Below are positions 12,218 to 25,400 of a stretch of 64,000 bases of DNA, piece by piece. Numbering within the stretch: position 1 is the stretch's first letter; the number at the start of each line of letters is the position of its first letter. This DNA comes from Squalus acanthias. Its lineage: Eukaryota. The notes beneath the pieces are model-generated. The model saw nothing but the letters and a program-made list of their open reading frames with translations, was not told where the DNA came from and did no database searches. Position numbers and translations under genes: made by a program. The stretch covers positions 77,874,001-77,938,000 of the forward strand of contig CM059432.1 in assembly GCA_030390025.1 (NCBI GenBank), given 5' to 3'.

Positions 12218-12553
12218 TTTTTTTTTTAATTCGTTTATGGGATGTGGGCGTCGCTGGCAAGGCCAGCATTTATTGCCCATCCCTAATTGCCCTTGAGAAG
12301 GTGGTGGTAAGCCGCCGCCTTGAACCGCTGCAGTCTGTGTGGTGAAGGTACTCCCACAATGCTGTTAGGGAGGGAGTTCCAGGATTTTGACCCAGCGACG
12401 ATGAAGGATCGGCGATATACTTCTAAGTCAGGATGATGTGTGACTTGGAGGGAAACTTGGAGGTGGTGGTGTTCCCATGCATCTGCTGCCCTTGTCCTTC
12501 TAGGTGGTAGAGGTCGCAGGTTTGGGAAGTGCTGCTGAAGAAGCCTTGGCTTC
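12218..12553 (-). mobile_element. 3' fragment of LINE family B
   Basis: Poly-T followed by the reverse complement of the family B 3' end. Confidence 0.9.
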
Positions 12554-12894
12554 ACCTGACTTCACCACCAAAGGAGTGTAGCCATTTCCCAGATGGCCAA
12601 AGGAGCGGAGAAATTTATATTTTAAATATCAAACTCGCAAGAAAACTAATCATCTGGTCCTTGCTATAGTACCATTAAAACCAGGAATAAGAATGAAAAG
12701 TGTTGGGAACTACTTTGCCTTTCAAATTATGTAAACAATGAGTCTGACCATACTTATACATATATTTACAAACATTTCTAAAATTATAAATATATATCCA
12801 TGTCCAAAATCCTTTATCATAAAGGAATATGAAGACCAACATCATAACAACTCAGCTCAAGTTTATTGATGCTCAATTAACATTTCAAACTCAC

Positions 12895-13046
12895 CGTGAC
12901 TTGGCCACTGTAGTTATCATCCAGAATGCAGAGAATATTCTGAGAAGGAATACCACGAAATAAATGAGCAGATCGAAAATATCTTTGAAAACTTAGCAAC
13001 CTTCTGATCTTCCTTGCTGAAGCCAATTCTCCGGTTTCTGGTGGTA
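12895..13046 (-). CDS. PDE7A: PDE7A coding exon (exon 4 equivalent), 152 bp, PPETGELASARKIRRLLSFQRYFRSAHLFRGIPSQNILCILDDNYSGQVT
   Basis: tttgcag|TACCACC...GTCACG|gtgagt. SARxIRRLLSFQRY and ILDDxYxGQ motifs of PDE7A. Phase 1 to 0. Confidence 0.95.
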
Positions 13047-13174
13047 CTGCAAAAAATAAGAGTACTTAACAAGAAGATTATTTTCTGAATATTTTACATG
13101 AAGGTACTATTTTATAATGATAAAGGGCTGTAATTTTAACTATAATAATTGAAAGTTAAGTTTCAATTGATGAC

Positions 13175-14010
13175 ACCTTAACTCGCTCGACCCATGCACT
13201 GCCTCTGTGCTATCACAGACTGCTTTTCTGACTTACAGTCTTGGATTGAGTCGTAATTTCCTCCATTTAAACATTGGGAAGGCTGAAGCGATCATCACAC
13301 ATTTCATAACCTCACCACCAATACTATCTCCTCCCCTCGATACTGTCTCAGCCTACAGCAGACCGCAACCTCGGTGTCCTGTTTGACCTCAAGCTGAGTT
13401 TCTGGCCCCACTCCCTTGCCATCACCATCGCAAAAAACGCCTACTTCCAACCCTACCTCAGCCCATCTGCACCGGAAAACTTCATTCATGCCATTGTCAC
13501 CTCCATATTCAATTACTCCAATGCCCTCCTGGTTGGCATCTTATCCTCCACCCTCCGTAAACTTCAGCTCATACAAAACTCCACATCAAATCCAGCTCAC
13601 CCATCACCCTCCTTCGTCACCGATCTACCTCGTCTCCTGGTCCCCCATGCCTCAAGTTTAAAATTCTTATCTTTGTGCTTAAATCCCTCGATGGACTCAC
13701 CTCTCCCTATCTGTACATTTCGTCCAGCCCTACAAGCTCTCTCTAAACTCCCCATTCCCCGTCTATCCCCTCCTCCCTTCGCCCCACCTGTGCTTTCAGC
13801 CAATTAGACCCTATGCTTTGAAATTCCCTGCTGTAAACCTCTATGCCTCTCCACCTTTAAGATCCTCTTAAATCCACCTCTTTGACTAAGCTTTTAGTCA
13901 CCCTTCTTCCCAATCTTTCCTGCTTTGGTTCAGTGCTTGGCTTTCCTTATGCATCCATGAAGTGCCTTGGGATGTTTTTCTACTTTTAAGGCACAATAAA
14001 AGTTGTGGCT
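13175..14010 (+). mobile_element. Old L2 LINE 3' fragment
   Basis: Degraded similarity to the L2 at 61269-62488, ending in an aaagttgtggctgtt tail. Confidence 0.7.
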
Positions 14011-16799
14011 GTTAACACAATGTTGTGTGTTCTAGCTTACTATAACATTAATACCCAGTAACTTAAAAATATTGCAGGAAAATGAGTACAACTACATATA
14101 ATATTTATTTTGTTCCAACTTAAATCTCCCCATTTTGTAAATTTTCTTCAATTATTAATCTCTACATTCAAAGTCCTCCCATTTTCAGGGAGAGAGGAAC
14201 CAAACCAGACCATTTCTTCATTCTGCAAAATATTTTTCCTTTTCATCCATTAAACAATCTATATGATTTTTATTTTAGTCTCAACTGATGTACTGAATTT
14301 ATGATTCCCACCACCAAAAACTGTTCCTACAGATTACAATTTTTCAACTTCCAAATGTAAGTAAATCCAACAAGATGAATTAAGTCATGATGCAGAATAA
14401 TTTTCTCCAGCTTTAGCATTTTCATCTGGTTTACTATCTGAAATGTACCATTGGTGCATATTATTGAAAGTTAACTAAGTTTCTGATCTCAGCCAATCCA
14501 AATTAGAGTGAAGGTATGTAACCTTAATGTTGTTCTTTAAATTGATATTATTGGCCAGTAGCATCAAACGCACTCCAAAACAAAATAATTTAAATGTTTT
14601 TGAAAATTGCTGTGGATGCTGCCAATTATTCAAACTGAATTAAGTAAAACAGCTGAGATCACCATGTTGCACAATTGTTGGGAGCCAAGAAACTGCTATG
14701 TTCAGGTTTTTTTAAGCCTTTATTTTGTGTAATTTTAAAAAATTAACTGGGACAACTGCTATCAACTGGAACCGGTCTAATGAAGTCAACAAATAAAAGT
14801 GAAAAATATGCAAATAAATCTATAAAATTAACAATCCAAAACACAGGAACCCACTCTCATTAGCCATGGACCATAGGAGAAATAAGAAAGTTTGATACAT
14901 GGACGGCAAGATCAAACAAATGAGTAACTTACTATGACAAGAGGAGTAGAAGTAGCATGTATTTCATCACTATGAAAGGCAAGCTCGCAAGTAACTCCTA
15001 TTTTTCCGGAATTAGTCAAATAAATTAGTTATCCTGTTCCAACAAGTCAAACTAAAAAAAACCTGCATGATATAATTTGGGTGTGAAAATCCAGGAGCTG
15101 GGAAGGGTGAAAAGTGATGCAATCCTGGCCGGGGGAAAGGTGGGCTGCAATTTGGGGCTGAACAGATCCACCAGGTTTCCGCAACACATATCTTGCACAG
15201 GATTGCACACGGCAGGGGATGGGGGGCGGTAGTTACGAAGCCCGCTCCCTTTATATTTTGCAGACTTTTGGGGACGTCCCTGGAAAACCCTAGGAACCAG
15301 CCCGGCTCACCCGATAGGCCCAGTAGAACTCTCACCTTGTGAGAGCAAGTATAGGTTTGGTTTTAGGACTCCTGAAGGACCCCAGAATAAAGATATCTAA
15401 GGAAAGCGATCGCAGAGGGATTGATTACCTTAGGGCTACTGCCCTAATATTCCCTGTACGGATTAAAACTTCATTTTGAATTTCAATTGACTGGATAACA
15501 GCCTCAGGCTCCTCCTCCTCCACCCCGCTCCCAACCCGCCTCCAGATTAAAATTCCGTCCATTGTGTCCATCTGCTCAATAACTACACCTTGCTGTCATC
15601 TCCAATGGCCTAATTTCCACCAGATCCTGGACAGTGTGTCACCTCCACCACTCAATTCAACAGCCTCCTAACATGTTCTCACGTCTGAGTTGTGGGCCAG
15701 ATACAAGAATGCACGTGGTGTTTGACCAGATTGTCTGTCCACCCCTCAGGAAATAAGGTGTCTCACTCTCTGTAACTAAATTGTATTGCTCCAGCATCAT
15801 CCTGAGGGCAAGGAGAAACCAAATGTATCTTTGCCGTGAATAATTACCTCATTGTCTGATTCTAGATACAAACTTGTGTACTCCAAAAGCTTCTTCCACC
15901 CTCCCAACCCTTACAATCTGCAGCTTCTCCCTCATGCCCACCTCAACTTTAATCAGACTCATTTAATCCCTGTAACACACTACCTGCTCTCCTCAACTCA
16001 CTTCCATCCAACTTCTCCTTCTTGGTCCCATTTTTACTTATCAACCTCTTCAATTGTCTGGCATTGGTACCACCCATTTTAAGTACACTTACTTCAAAAG
16101 CCAACCCTTGATTTTTCCATCCTCACAAATCATCACACTATCTCCAATCTACCCTTTCTCGCCAAGATCTACAAATGTGTCACTGTCACCCAACAACAAG
16201 CTCACCGATCCAAGCACGTCTCTTTTGAATTCCACCAATATGCTTTCCAACCAGAGTATGTGTGTGTTTCTGTCTTTCTCTGTTCTCCCATTCAGCTACT
16301 CCTTGGGTGGCTTCCACATACACACCAAGGAACCCAATTTCACCTCTCCACTGCCACTGCTTCTAGGGATGTACTAGTTCACTGTCTGATATTGGTCTGG
16401 ATTTCCCTCAGGGAATTCACCCATTTACAAGTGATCCCAGAGCATTGTTCAGAGGAAAATGGGGAAAGAGAGGCCTACCACTGAACCTCCACCCCTAAAA
16501 TGGGCCCCCAACATTTTTCCTCACCAACCCCCACTGCCACTGATGTCAGCCACTCGCCCACTGACCACCCCACAGCATGGAAATGATGACAATGGGACAG
16601 AGCTTGGCACTCCAGCTACTCCCCTTCATTCCTGCCACACAGAGGAAGATCAGAAGAAAGGCAGCAAGGGGAGTGGCGAAGTGTGGTGGAAAGAGGCAGG
16701 AATGCTGCCTAAAAAGTAAGAAATTGACACATCTGCCTCTCCCAAACCATCCAAATGGCTATTCTGGTGATGATGGGATTACTCAAAGTCCCTTCAAAG

Positions 16800-17035
16800 A
16801 AAGAAAAAAGGAACTTGCATTTATATAGCAGTTTCCACAACATCAGGACATCCCAAAGCGCTTTACAACCAATGAAGTACTTTTGACGTGTAGTCACTGT
16901 TGTAATGTAGGAAACACGCCATCCATTTGCGCACAGCAAACTCCCACAAACAGCAATGCAATAATGACCAGATAATCTGATTTTTTAAAGTGATGTTGGT
17001 TGAGAGACAAATATTGGCCAGAACTCCCCTGCTTT
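16800..17035 (-). mobile_element. DeuSINE/SacSINE1-like SINE 3' part (L2-type tail)
   Basis: Reverse complement of the 3' half of 33240-33640. Confidence 0.75.
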
Positions 17036-18622
17036 TCCTCATCACTTTTTGCAAGAATATTTAGGGGTTTCTGCAACCCCTTAAAATAGGCACAACCCAT
17101 TTAAGTTGCTGCAGTGAGATCCCTGCTGCAGCATCACAAATATTCCCTCCCTGAAGTAGCACACTCCCTTTGAAGAGCAGAGATACCACTGGGAGCTGAA
17201 CTACCATATGTAATTAGCTCTGACACAGGAAAATATGTTGCGATCATGGTAGATTTGGTAGATATCCTGGCCCAACCCACAGCCAAGGGCAATATGCCTT
17301 AAAGGAAAATTCTCTCCCCACTTCCCACCCCGGATGATCTATACTTTCCTACAGCTCAGCACTAAACTGATGCCTTTGTCGTTCAATCACTGCTGCCCTC
17401 ATCTGCTATCTGTTCAGAGTGCGACACCCTCAATCCAGATTAGGAAGGGTTCTTTGTAAAACCACTCACTACTACTCCAGGATCATCCTGGAAAGCAAAG
17501 ATAACCTGTCACCATTAACTATCTGTGACAAGCAGGGCCTCCTACAATTAAAGCCAATATTTTAAAATAAATCTGTTGCACAGTAAATGAGAAATTCAAA
17601 ACTCAATAATTTAAATGCAAAAAAAAATTATAGACTAAAATAGGAGACATTACTGGTAACAAAATCTCTTTTGTGCCCCCAGAAGAAGCATGAAAGTGAC
17701 AGATGCAGGTAATGAGAAAAACTGTAGACATCGTCAGTGCCATACAAGGACAAAAAGTAAACATGCTGAAGAGCAGGTGTTCCTGGATATTTTCCTGACA
17801 TTATCCACTTGTTTGTAGTAGAGTACGTGGATAACAATGAAGGCAACTTAATTGCTATAATGGTGCTTTTGACCACAATTGCACATTCCAGTATTAAGGT
17901 AATCTAATTTTTAAACTAATACATTTTTAATTCTTATGCAACATTTTACTTTAGGTTTCTAAAAAAGGTATATAAAAGCAGATAAATATTGCTTACTGGT
18001 CTAATTAACATTCTCAAGAGGAAACTTCTCGCATATTCCAAATACCCACCTCACAAGAAACCATACCTTAATTAGATGCAATGTTGTGAAGCATATGGAC
18101 TCTCTACTAGATTACATTAGGTTAGACTCCTATCCACGAAATTACCTTTGTTTTTTCCTAAATAACTATAACATACCCAAGAGATTCTGGACTGCAGAGA
18201 AGATTGGCTACAACTTCAGAAAATGGAGATTGCAAAATTCACACCAATATTTGTTATACACCAGTTTTACTGATGGCCAGAAAATTACACAATGCAGCAT
18301 TATCACAGTGTGCACACATGCGCAACTGCCTTTTACTGTAATATGATATTTTAGTCATCTGCTATAAAGCGATTTGAAATTTCATGGATGTGCTGCTATT
18401 AAAGACAATACTGTGAATGATGTAAGAATACTGCTCTAATGGCTGCTAAGTGGCATCACAGGTGCATTGTAAATCCCTGTGTAATCAACTTCACTGGTTA
18501 AACTATTCACACAGCTCTAACTGTAACAACTTGGAAACCCCCCAGAAATTAAACATGAAGAGAGAGAGATCAAAGCACCCTTCAGTTCAGAGACAAATCA
18601 TTTTTGAAGTCTAACAAAGAAT

Positions 18623-18940
18623 TGAGAAGTCGCACAACACCAGGTTATAGTCCAACAGTTTTAAAGCTTTCGGAGCGGCTGCTCTTTCGTCAGGTGAAGT
18701 GAAGAATTACAAATCGGCACAGCATATATAGACAGAGAACAATGCCTGTGCAGAGTACAATGTCAAACGACTACAGTTAATCTTTCTGACTGCCTTTTAT
18801 CACACCTCGGCAGAGAGACAATCAGGTCAGTCAGGAAGACATTATATCAAAGACATAGCAAAATACAACTAAGACAATGAGGTGGGGTCACAGGGGGTCT
18901 AATGTGTCAGATGCTGCAGTCTGTATGGAAAACCATAAAC
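18623..18940 (-). mobile_element. PLE family 2 terminal-repeat copy with damaged hammerhead
   Basis: gagaagtcgcacaacaccaggttatagtccaacag. Minus strand UCAC-CUGACGA-...-GAAAG-CUU, with the stem I 3' strand lost. Homologous to 47065-47365. Confidence 0.7.
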
Positions 18941-20885
18941 TTTAAAACTTAGACTGGGAGCCAACGTACATCAGTGAGCACAGAGTTGATGGGTAAGTAG
19001 GGCTTGGTGCAGATAGGATACAGAGTTTTTTATTAACTGAAGTTATGGAGGGTGGAGGATAGAAGACAGACCAGGAGAGTATTAGAATGTTCGAGTCTGG
19101 AGGGGACAAAGGCCTGGATGAGGGTATCAGCAGCAGATGGGTAACGTTACGGAACTGAGAGAGGAGTTGGTAGGCGGTCTTTGTGATGTAGATGATATGG
19201 GGTGGGAAACTCATCTCTGTTAAATAGGACGCTGAGGCTTTGAATAACCTGAGACAGTGGCTGGGGAGAAGGATGGAATTGGTGTCGAGGGTACGGAGCT
19301 TGTGGCGAGCCTGAAGATGATGGCTGCGGTCTTCCCAATGTTTACGTTGCCGAAATTGTGGTTCACCTAGGACTGGATGTCAGACAAGCAGTATAACAGC
19401 ACAGGCAGTGGAGGGGTCGAGAGAGGTGGTGAAGGAAGTCACCAACGTTCATGTGGAACCTGGCCCAAATACTTTAGATGGTGTCGCCAAGGGCCACCAG
19501 GTAGACAACACAGGAACAAGAGTAGGCCATTAAGCGCTATTAGATCATGGCAGACGTGTACCTCAACTCCATTGACCTGCCTTTGCTCTATATCCCTTGA
19601 TAGCCTTAACCCAACAAAGTTCCATCAATTTCAATCTTGAAAATTTCAAGTGACACAGCATCCACAGCTTTTAGGGGGAGAGAGTTCCAGATTTTCACTA
19701 TGTTTCGTGTGAAAAAGTGCTTCCTGATTTCTCTCCTAAATGTCCTAGCTCTAATTTTAAGATTATGCCCCCTTGTTCTGGATTCCTCCAAAAGAGAAAA
19801 TAGATTCTCTATCGACTCTCAAATCCATTTATCATTTTAAACACCTAGATTAGATCACCGCTCAACCTTCTAAAATCAAGGGAATGCAAACCAAGTTTAT
19901 GCAACCTGTCCTCATAATCCTGATATCATGCTGGGGAATCTGCACTGTACCACTTCCAAGGCAAATCGGTCTTTCCCTGAGGAGGGAGCCAAGGATAGAT
20001 CTTTCGGGGACTCAGAAGCAACAGTGCATGGGTGGAAAGAGAAGCCATTGCTGGAGATGCTGTGGCTACGATTGGGATAGTAAGAAAGGAAGCAAGCGAT
20101 GGCAGTCCCATTGAGCTGGAGATGGAGAAGAGATCTTGGAGGAAACCAATGTGGTCAACTATGTCAAAAGTTGCAGAGGTCGAGGCGGACGAGGAGGGAT
20201 AATATAACATGGTCACTGTCACAAAAGATGTCATTTGTGACTTTGATTAGAGCCTATTTGCTGCTGTGGCAGGGGCAGAAATCTGATTGGAGAGATTCAA
20301 ACATGGAGTTTTTGGGAAGGTGGGCAAGAATTTAGGAGAGGAAAGGGAGGTTGGGGATGGGGCGGTAGTTTGCAGTGGGATTGAGGGTGGGTTTTTTTGA
20401 GGAAAGGGGTGATGACAGTGGTTTTGAAAGGAAGGGAGACAGTTCCTGAGGAGAGGGAACTATTTACAACGTCAGCTAGCATAGGGGCCAGGAGGGGGAG
20501 TTGAGTGGTCAGCAGTTTAGTGGAAATAGGCTAAAGGGAGCAGGAAGTGCAGCTCATAGATAAGATGAGCTCAGAGAGGGCATGAATTGAGATAGGAGAA
20601 AAAGTAGAGAAAGACGGGAGTTCAAGACAAGGGCCGAGATTTATGATTTTTATTTTATGGCTTGGTGGGGAAGTAGGTGATGCAACAGAGGCAGCGAAAC
20701 AGATTCATTGCTTCAGTCTCAATCTTAGTGACAAAGAAGTTCATGAGCTCCTCGCACTGGTTGTTGAGGGTGACGGTGGAGGAGGCAGGGAGAAGTGTTA
20801 ATGAGACAGTTGGAAATAGAGAAAAAAAGCCAAGGGTTATCCTTGCATTCCAGGATGATCCTGAAGTCGTGAACTGTTTTGGCAG
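18941..20885 (-). mobile_element. Old L2 LINE fragment with a nested CR1 3' fragment (~19505-19925, minus)
   Basis: LADVVNSSLSSGTVSLPFKTTVITPFLKK and AT-FDIVDH motifs. The nested part encodes the CR1 C-terminus RTRGHNLKI...KHFFT. Confidence 0.75.
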
Positions 20886-21161
20886 ACTGGCTACTGAAAT
20901 AACACTTTCTAAGTATGAAGACTGAGATAAACTTTCCTCTGTAAGATGTGAAATGAACCAATCTGGTACAATTTTCTAGCACACATTTCTGGTGCTTCAG
21001 CATTCCAAGTTTACTTTTACTTTACAATTAAAAATAAAAAGTTATGATAAATTCCTTTGATCAAGCCAGATTACTGACTAAACAAATTTCCTTCCAAAGC
21101 GTGAAAGGAGAATTGCTCTTTAAGCAGCATCATAATAATGCTCATCAAATAATGTACTTAC

Positions 21162-21245
21162 AGTGTAAAAGGCGGAAATCAATGTAAGGATGAGAGTCTC
21201 TTCTTTCAGGTTGAAACCCTGCCCGGCTTCTCACTCGTACATCCC
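21162..21245 (-). CDS. PDE7A: PDE7A coding exon (exon 3 equivalent), 84 bp, (G)[27 protein letters not shown]
   Basis: tttgcag|GGGATGTA...TTACACT|gtaagt. Matches PDE7[29 protein letters not shown] much better than PDE7B. Phase 1 to 1. Confidence 0.96.
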
Positions 21246-21629
21246 CTGCAAAAAAATTAACAGAAAAAATATTTTAAATCATTTTAAGAACTTCCGGGGG
21301 TTAACACCGGTGTCGATGGAATCATACTTAGCATGAGGCGTAACCTTCACCAGAAAGGAAAGCAAGAAAGAAAAAAAGAGTATAGGATTAAATATAGAGC
21401 TACAACTCTTTTTAAATGATTTACCCTTTCTCAATAAGGCATACACTGAGCACAACTCCCTTGAAGAATATGAGTTACCTTCTACACTAACGGGTCTTGC
21501 AGTGGACAGTTCTGGTTGTTTGTTATGCCAATCTACAGATATTCTTATCCTTTGTTAAGGTATTTTCTATTGTTGGGGGAATTTCTCTGTATATTCCAGA
21601 TGGCTAACTGGCTTCTTTAAAAAAAAGGA

Positions 21630-22095
21630 AAGAGGAAGAAAGATGAACAAACTCGCATTACTGTAGCTCCTTTCGCAACCTCAGCTCATTCCAAAGCACC
21701 TCACAGCCAACGAATTATGAATCTTGAAGTGCAATAACTGTTGTAAAATAAGGAGATGTAATAGCCGATTTATGCACAGCAAAGTCCCACAGACAGCAAT
21801 GAGAGAAACAACCACCTTATCTGTTTTTGATGGTGTTGGTTCAGGTATAAATGTTAGTTCAGGACGCTGGGAGAGCAGCCTTGCTCTTCTCCAAATAGTG
21901 GTATGCAACTTTTTACAACTACCTGAACAGGCAGACAGGCCTCAGTTTAGCAGTTCAACTTAAAGACAGCACCTCCGACAATGCAGCACAACATCAGGAC
22001 TGCATAGAATTGTCAGTCTAGATTGTGTGCTCAAATTTTTGGAGTGGGGCTGGAACCCATAACCTTCGGAATCAGAGGCAAGAGTGCTATCACTG
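21630..22095 (-). mobile_element. Full-length DeuSINE/SacSINE1-like tRNA-derived SINE (degraded)
   Basis: Reverse complement aligns along the whole of 33240-33640. Confidence 0.75.
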
Positions 22096-22253
22096 GGTCA
22101 AACTGATAAGAAATTTCCAAACGAGTCAATCAACTGCAAGACTTTGTCTACGCACAAGTATGACAGAGAAGTGTGACATGATAGGCAGGAAATATGCACA
22201 AGAAGGAGACGCACCGCGGGACACACTAGAAGGAGACACACTATAAGGAGGTC

Positions 22254-22345
22254 GGGGCCCAGGGGCGAGGACGGGACCCAGGGGCGAGGACGGGACCCGG
22301 GGCGAGGCCGAGGACGGGGCCCAGGGGCGAGGATGGGGCCCAGGA
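22254..22345. repeat. Short GC-rich tandem repeat (~19-20 bp, ggggcccaggggcgaggac)
   Basis: 4-5 imperfect copies visible. Confidence 0.75.
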
Positions 22346-22469
22346 GTGGCGCAGCGTGCACCAGCAGCGGGGTCGGGAGGACCACACTGCAGCCTATGAA
22401 TCCCAGGCAGAGAGGACCTGCGGGAAGGAGGGAGGAGGACAGTAGGAGTATGTTTGTGTGTGTGCTCTA

Positions 22470-25400
22470 GGCCGGTGTAGCAGAGCCTGGTCTCCAATCG
22501 TCTTGGATCCCCTTGCCATCGGACCAAGACCTTGCTCTGTCAAGCCCGTGTGGGTAGCTGGTGTGCAACGGCCATCCCACGTTAAAAGAATTCACGCACA
22601 GGCATCTTCCACCCTTTAATATGAAGTTTGGGACCTGGAACGTCAGGACCCTCATGGACAACCCCAACAGCGACAGACCGGAACGCCGTACTGCTATCAT
22701 TGCCCGGGAGCTCAGACGTTTCAACATAGACATTGCCGCCCTAAGCGAGACCCGGCGGGCAGGGGAAGGCCAGCTCAATGAGCAAGGCGGTGGTTATACC
22801 TTCTTCTGGAAAGGCAAACCTGAAGAAGAACGCCGCCTTCATGGAGTAGGCTTCGCCATAAAAAATGAGCTAGTTGAACGTCTCAGAGACTCCCCTTGTG
22901 GAATAAACGAACGCCTCATGACTCTACGGCTCACCATAGCCCGGAACCAGTGCGTACGCCCCAACACTGGAAGCCACAGACGAGACCAAAGAGGAATTCT
23001 ACTCCAGCCTCGAACAATCCCTGTCCCGAGTCCCAACAGGCGACAAGCTGATCCTCCTTGCTGACTTTAACGCCAGAGTTGGAAAGGACACAGACCTCTG
23101 GGGAGGTGTGATCGGCAGAGAGGAGGTAGGGAAAGCCAACTCCAACGGTACCCTCCTCCTGACGAAATGCTTAGAACATGGCCTTGTCATAACCAACACC
23201 TTGTTCTGTCAGAAAGACAAGTACAAGGCTTCATGGCAACACCCTCGCTCCAAGCACTGGCATCTGCTGGACTACGTCATCGTCCGAGCAAGGGACCGCA
23301 AGGACGTCCGCATCACCCGCGCCTTGACAGGAGCCGACGACTGTTGGACAGACCACCGCCTAATCCGCTCTGTCATCAACGTAGCCCCAAAACAGCGGCA
23401 GCAACAGAAGCAATGCCGCAGGAAAATCAACACTGGAGCACTCAATGACCCTGCTAAGAAAGCCCTATTCAGCCTGCGCCTCACAACCAACCTGACGACT
23501 CCCAGTAATTCAGAGACACAGAGGGGTAAAAATTCAGTTGGTTGCGCCTCCCGTTAGCGCCTTAAGAGGGCGCTAATGGGGCGCAAAGCCGCTAACGCCC
23601 GGGCGCAGCGATGTTTGCGCCGCTCGAGAACTTAACTTGAGATTGTGCGGCGGCGCTAAAACTTACCGCTGCGACCACCTGCGCGCGCAGATTGTGACGT
23701 CATTCCATGGTGCAACGCCCTTGTGGCGCCCCGGAGCAGAAATTGAGTGGCGCCCCCTGCCTTACCGCCTGGCGCTAGCAACGACCAGAAGACTGGAACG
23801 CTATCAATCGCTGTGGGGCTGGGGGGGGGGGCGCTATTTAAAGGGGGCCTCTTCCTGTCTTTTATTGTTGGTGGCATTTTTGAACTACGCATTCTGAGAG
23901 AGAGAGGGAGAGACTTCTGGAGAGATTCAACGTTGTGTGAAGGAGTTTTGGGTCGTGAGCAGCACTTTGCAGGTTCATTTTGATTTGCCATTCCTTGTAT
24001 CGATTTAGCAGAGACTGTGGGAGCTGCACTCTGAGCTCTTTGCCTGGTACTCTCCATTGTTCTTTCCAGCACATTTGATGTGCAAGTCTCTCCAGGCCGA
24101 GATTCAAGGCTGCAATGAACAGGATGTGGATGGAAAGCAAGATTAACCATCCCCTTTAAGAACTGGCCCGTGCCATTGTGTGTGTGTTCCATTGCTGACT
24201 GACATTACATGAGCTTCGCCAGCGCTCTGAGGTAGCGCCTCACTCCTTGGCCTTTGCGCCTTAAGACAGGTGTGCAGCGCCTGCTTTAGCGCTCCACTCA
24301 CCTCCCGGGGCGGTAAAAGTGAAGTTTCCAGTCAGTGCCGATAATTAGCGCCAGGCGCTAATATTTGCGTCCAGACGATATTTGCGCCCCAAATGGGGCG
24401 CGACCTAATTTCTACCCCAGAGTGTCCACAGCGTCTGGTCTGCATTCAAGGCCTCTATAATCAGCACCTGTGAAGAGACGCTCGGTCACTCGACCAGGAA
24501 ACACCAAGACTGGTTCGATGAGAACGACCAGGAGATCCAGGAGCTAATAAGCCGCAAGCGCAAGGCATTCCTGATCTGGAAACAGCAACAGAACTCGAGA
24601 GCAAGAAAGCAGTTCTACAGACGCCTGAAGGCCGAGGTCCAACAAAAAACTCGCAACCTAAAGAACAGATGGTGGGTGGAGAAAGTGCAGGAGATCCAGC
24701 AGCTAGCCGACAACCACGACGTGCGTGGATTCTTTAGCGCAGTCAAGACCACCTACGGCCCAAGCACCCAAGGTCCTACCCCACTGCGGGCCAAGAACGG
24801 AGAGGTACTCATCAAGGACAGAGAGGCAGCCAGTGCCCGCTGGAAGGAGCACTTCGAAGATCTCCTTAACCGAGACTCTGTCTTCGACGCGAGTGTCCTC
24901 AACTCCATCCCGCAGCATGCCACCCGCCACCACAACCCCAGCCTGGCATGAGGTTGAAATGGCCATCCGACAACTGAAGATCAAAAAGGCTTCAGGAGCA
25001 GATGGAATCCCCGCCGAGGCGCTAAAACATGACGGAGAAGCTCTATTGGCGCGAATACATGAACTCATTTCTCTTATTTAGGAGGAGGAGAGCATGCCCG
25101 GGGATCTCAGAGATGCCGTAATCGTGACCATCTTCAAGAAAGGTGACAAGTCCGATTGTGGTAATTACAGAGGAGTCTCCCTGCTGTCTGCCACAGGGAA
25201 AGTCATCGCAAGAATCCTCCTCAATCGCCTTCTCCCAGTGGCTGAAGGGCTCCTCCCAGAGTCGCAATGCGGATTCCACCCACTAAGGGGCACAATGGAC
25301 ATGATCTTCACCGCGCGTCAACTACAAGAGAAATGCAGGGGACAGCACCAACCGCTGTACATGGCCACCTTTGACCTCACAAAGGCCTTCGACACGGTCA

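Noticed and set aside
22470..22620. HDV-like ribozyme in the RTE 5' UTR
   Set aside because: I could not assign the nested double pseudoknot or the catalytic C by eye.
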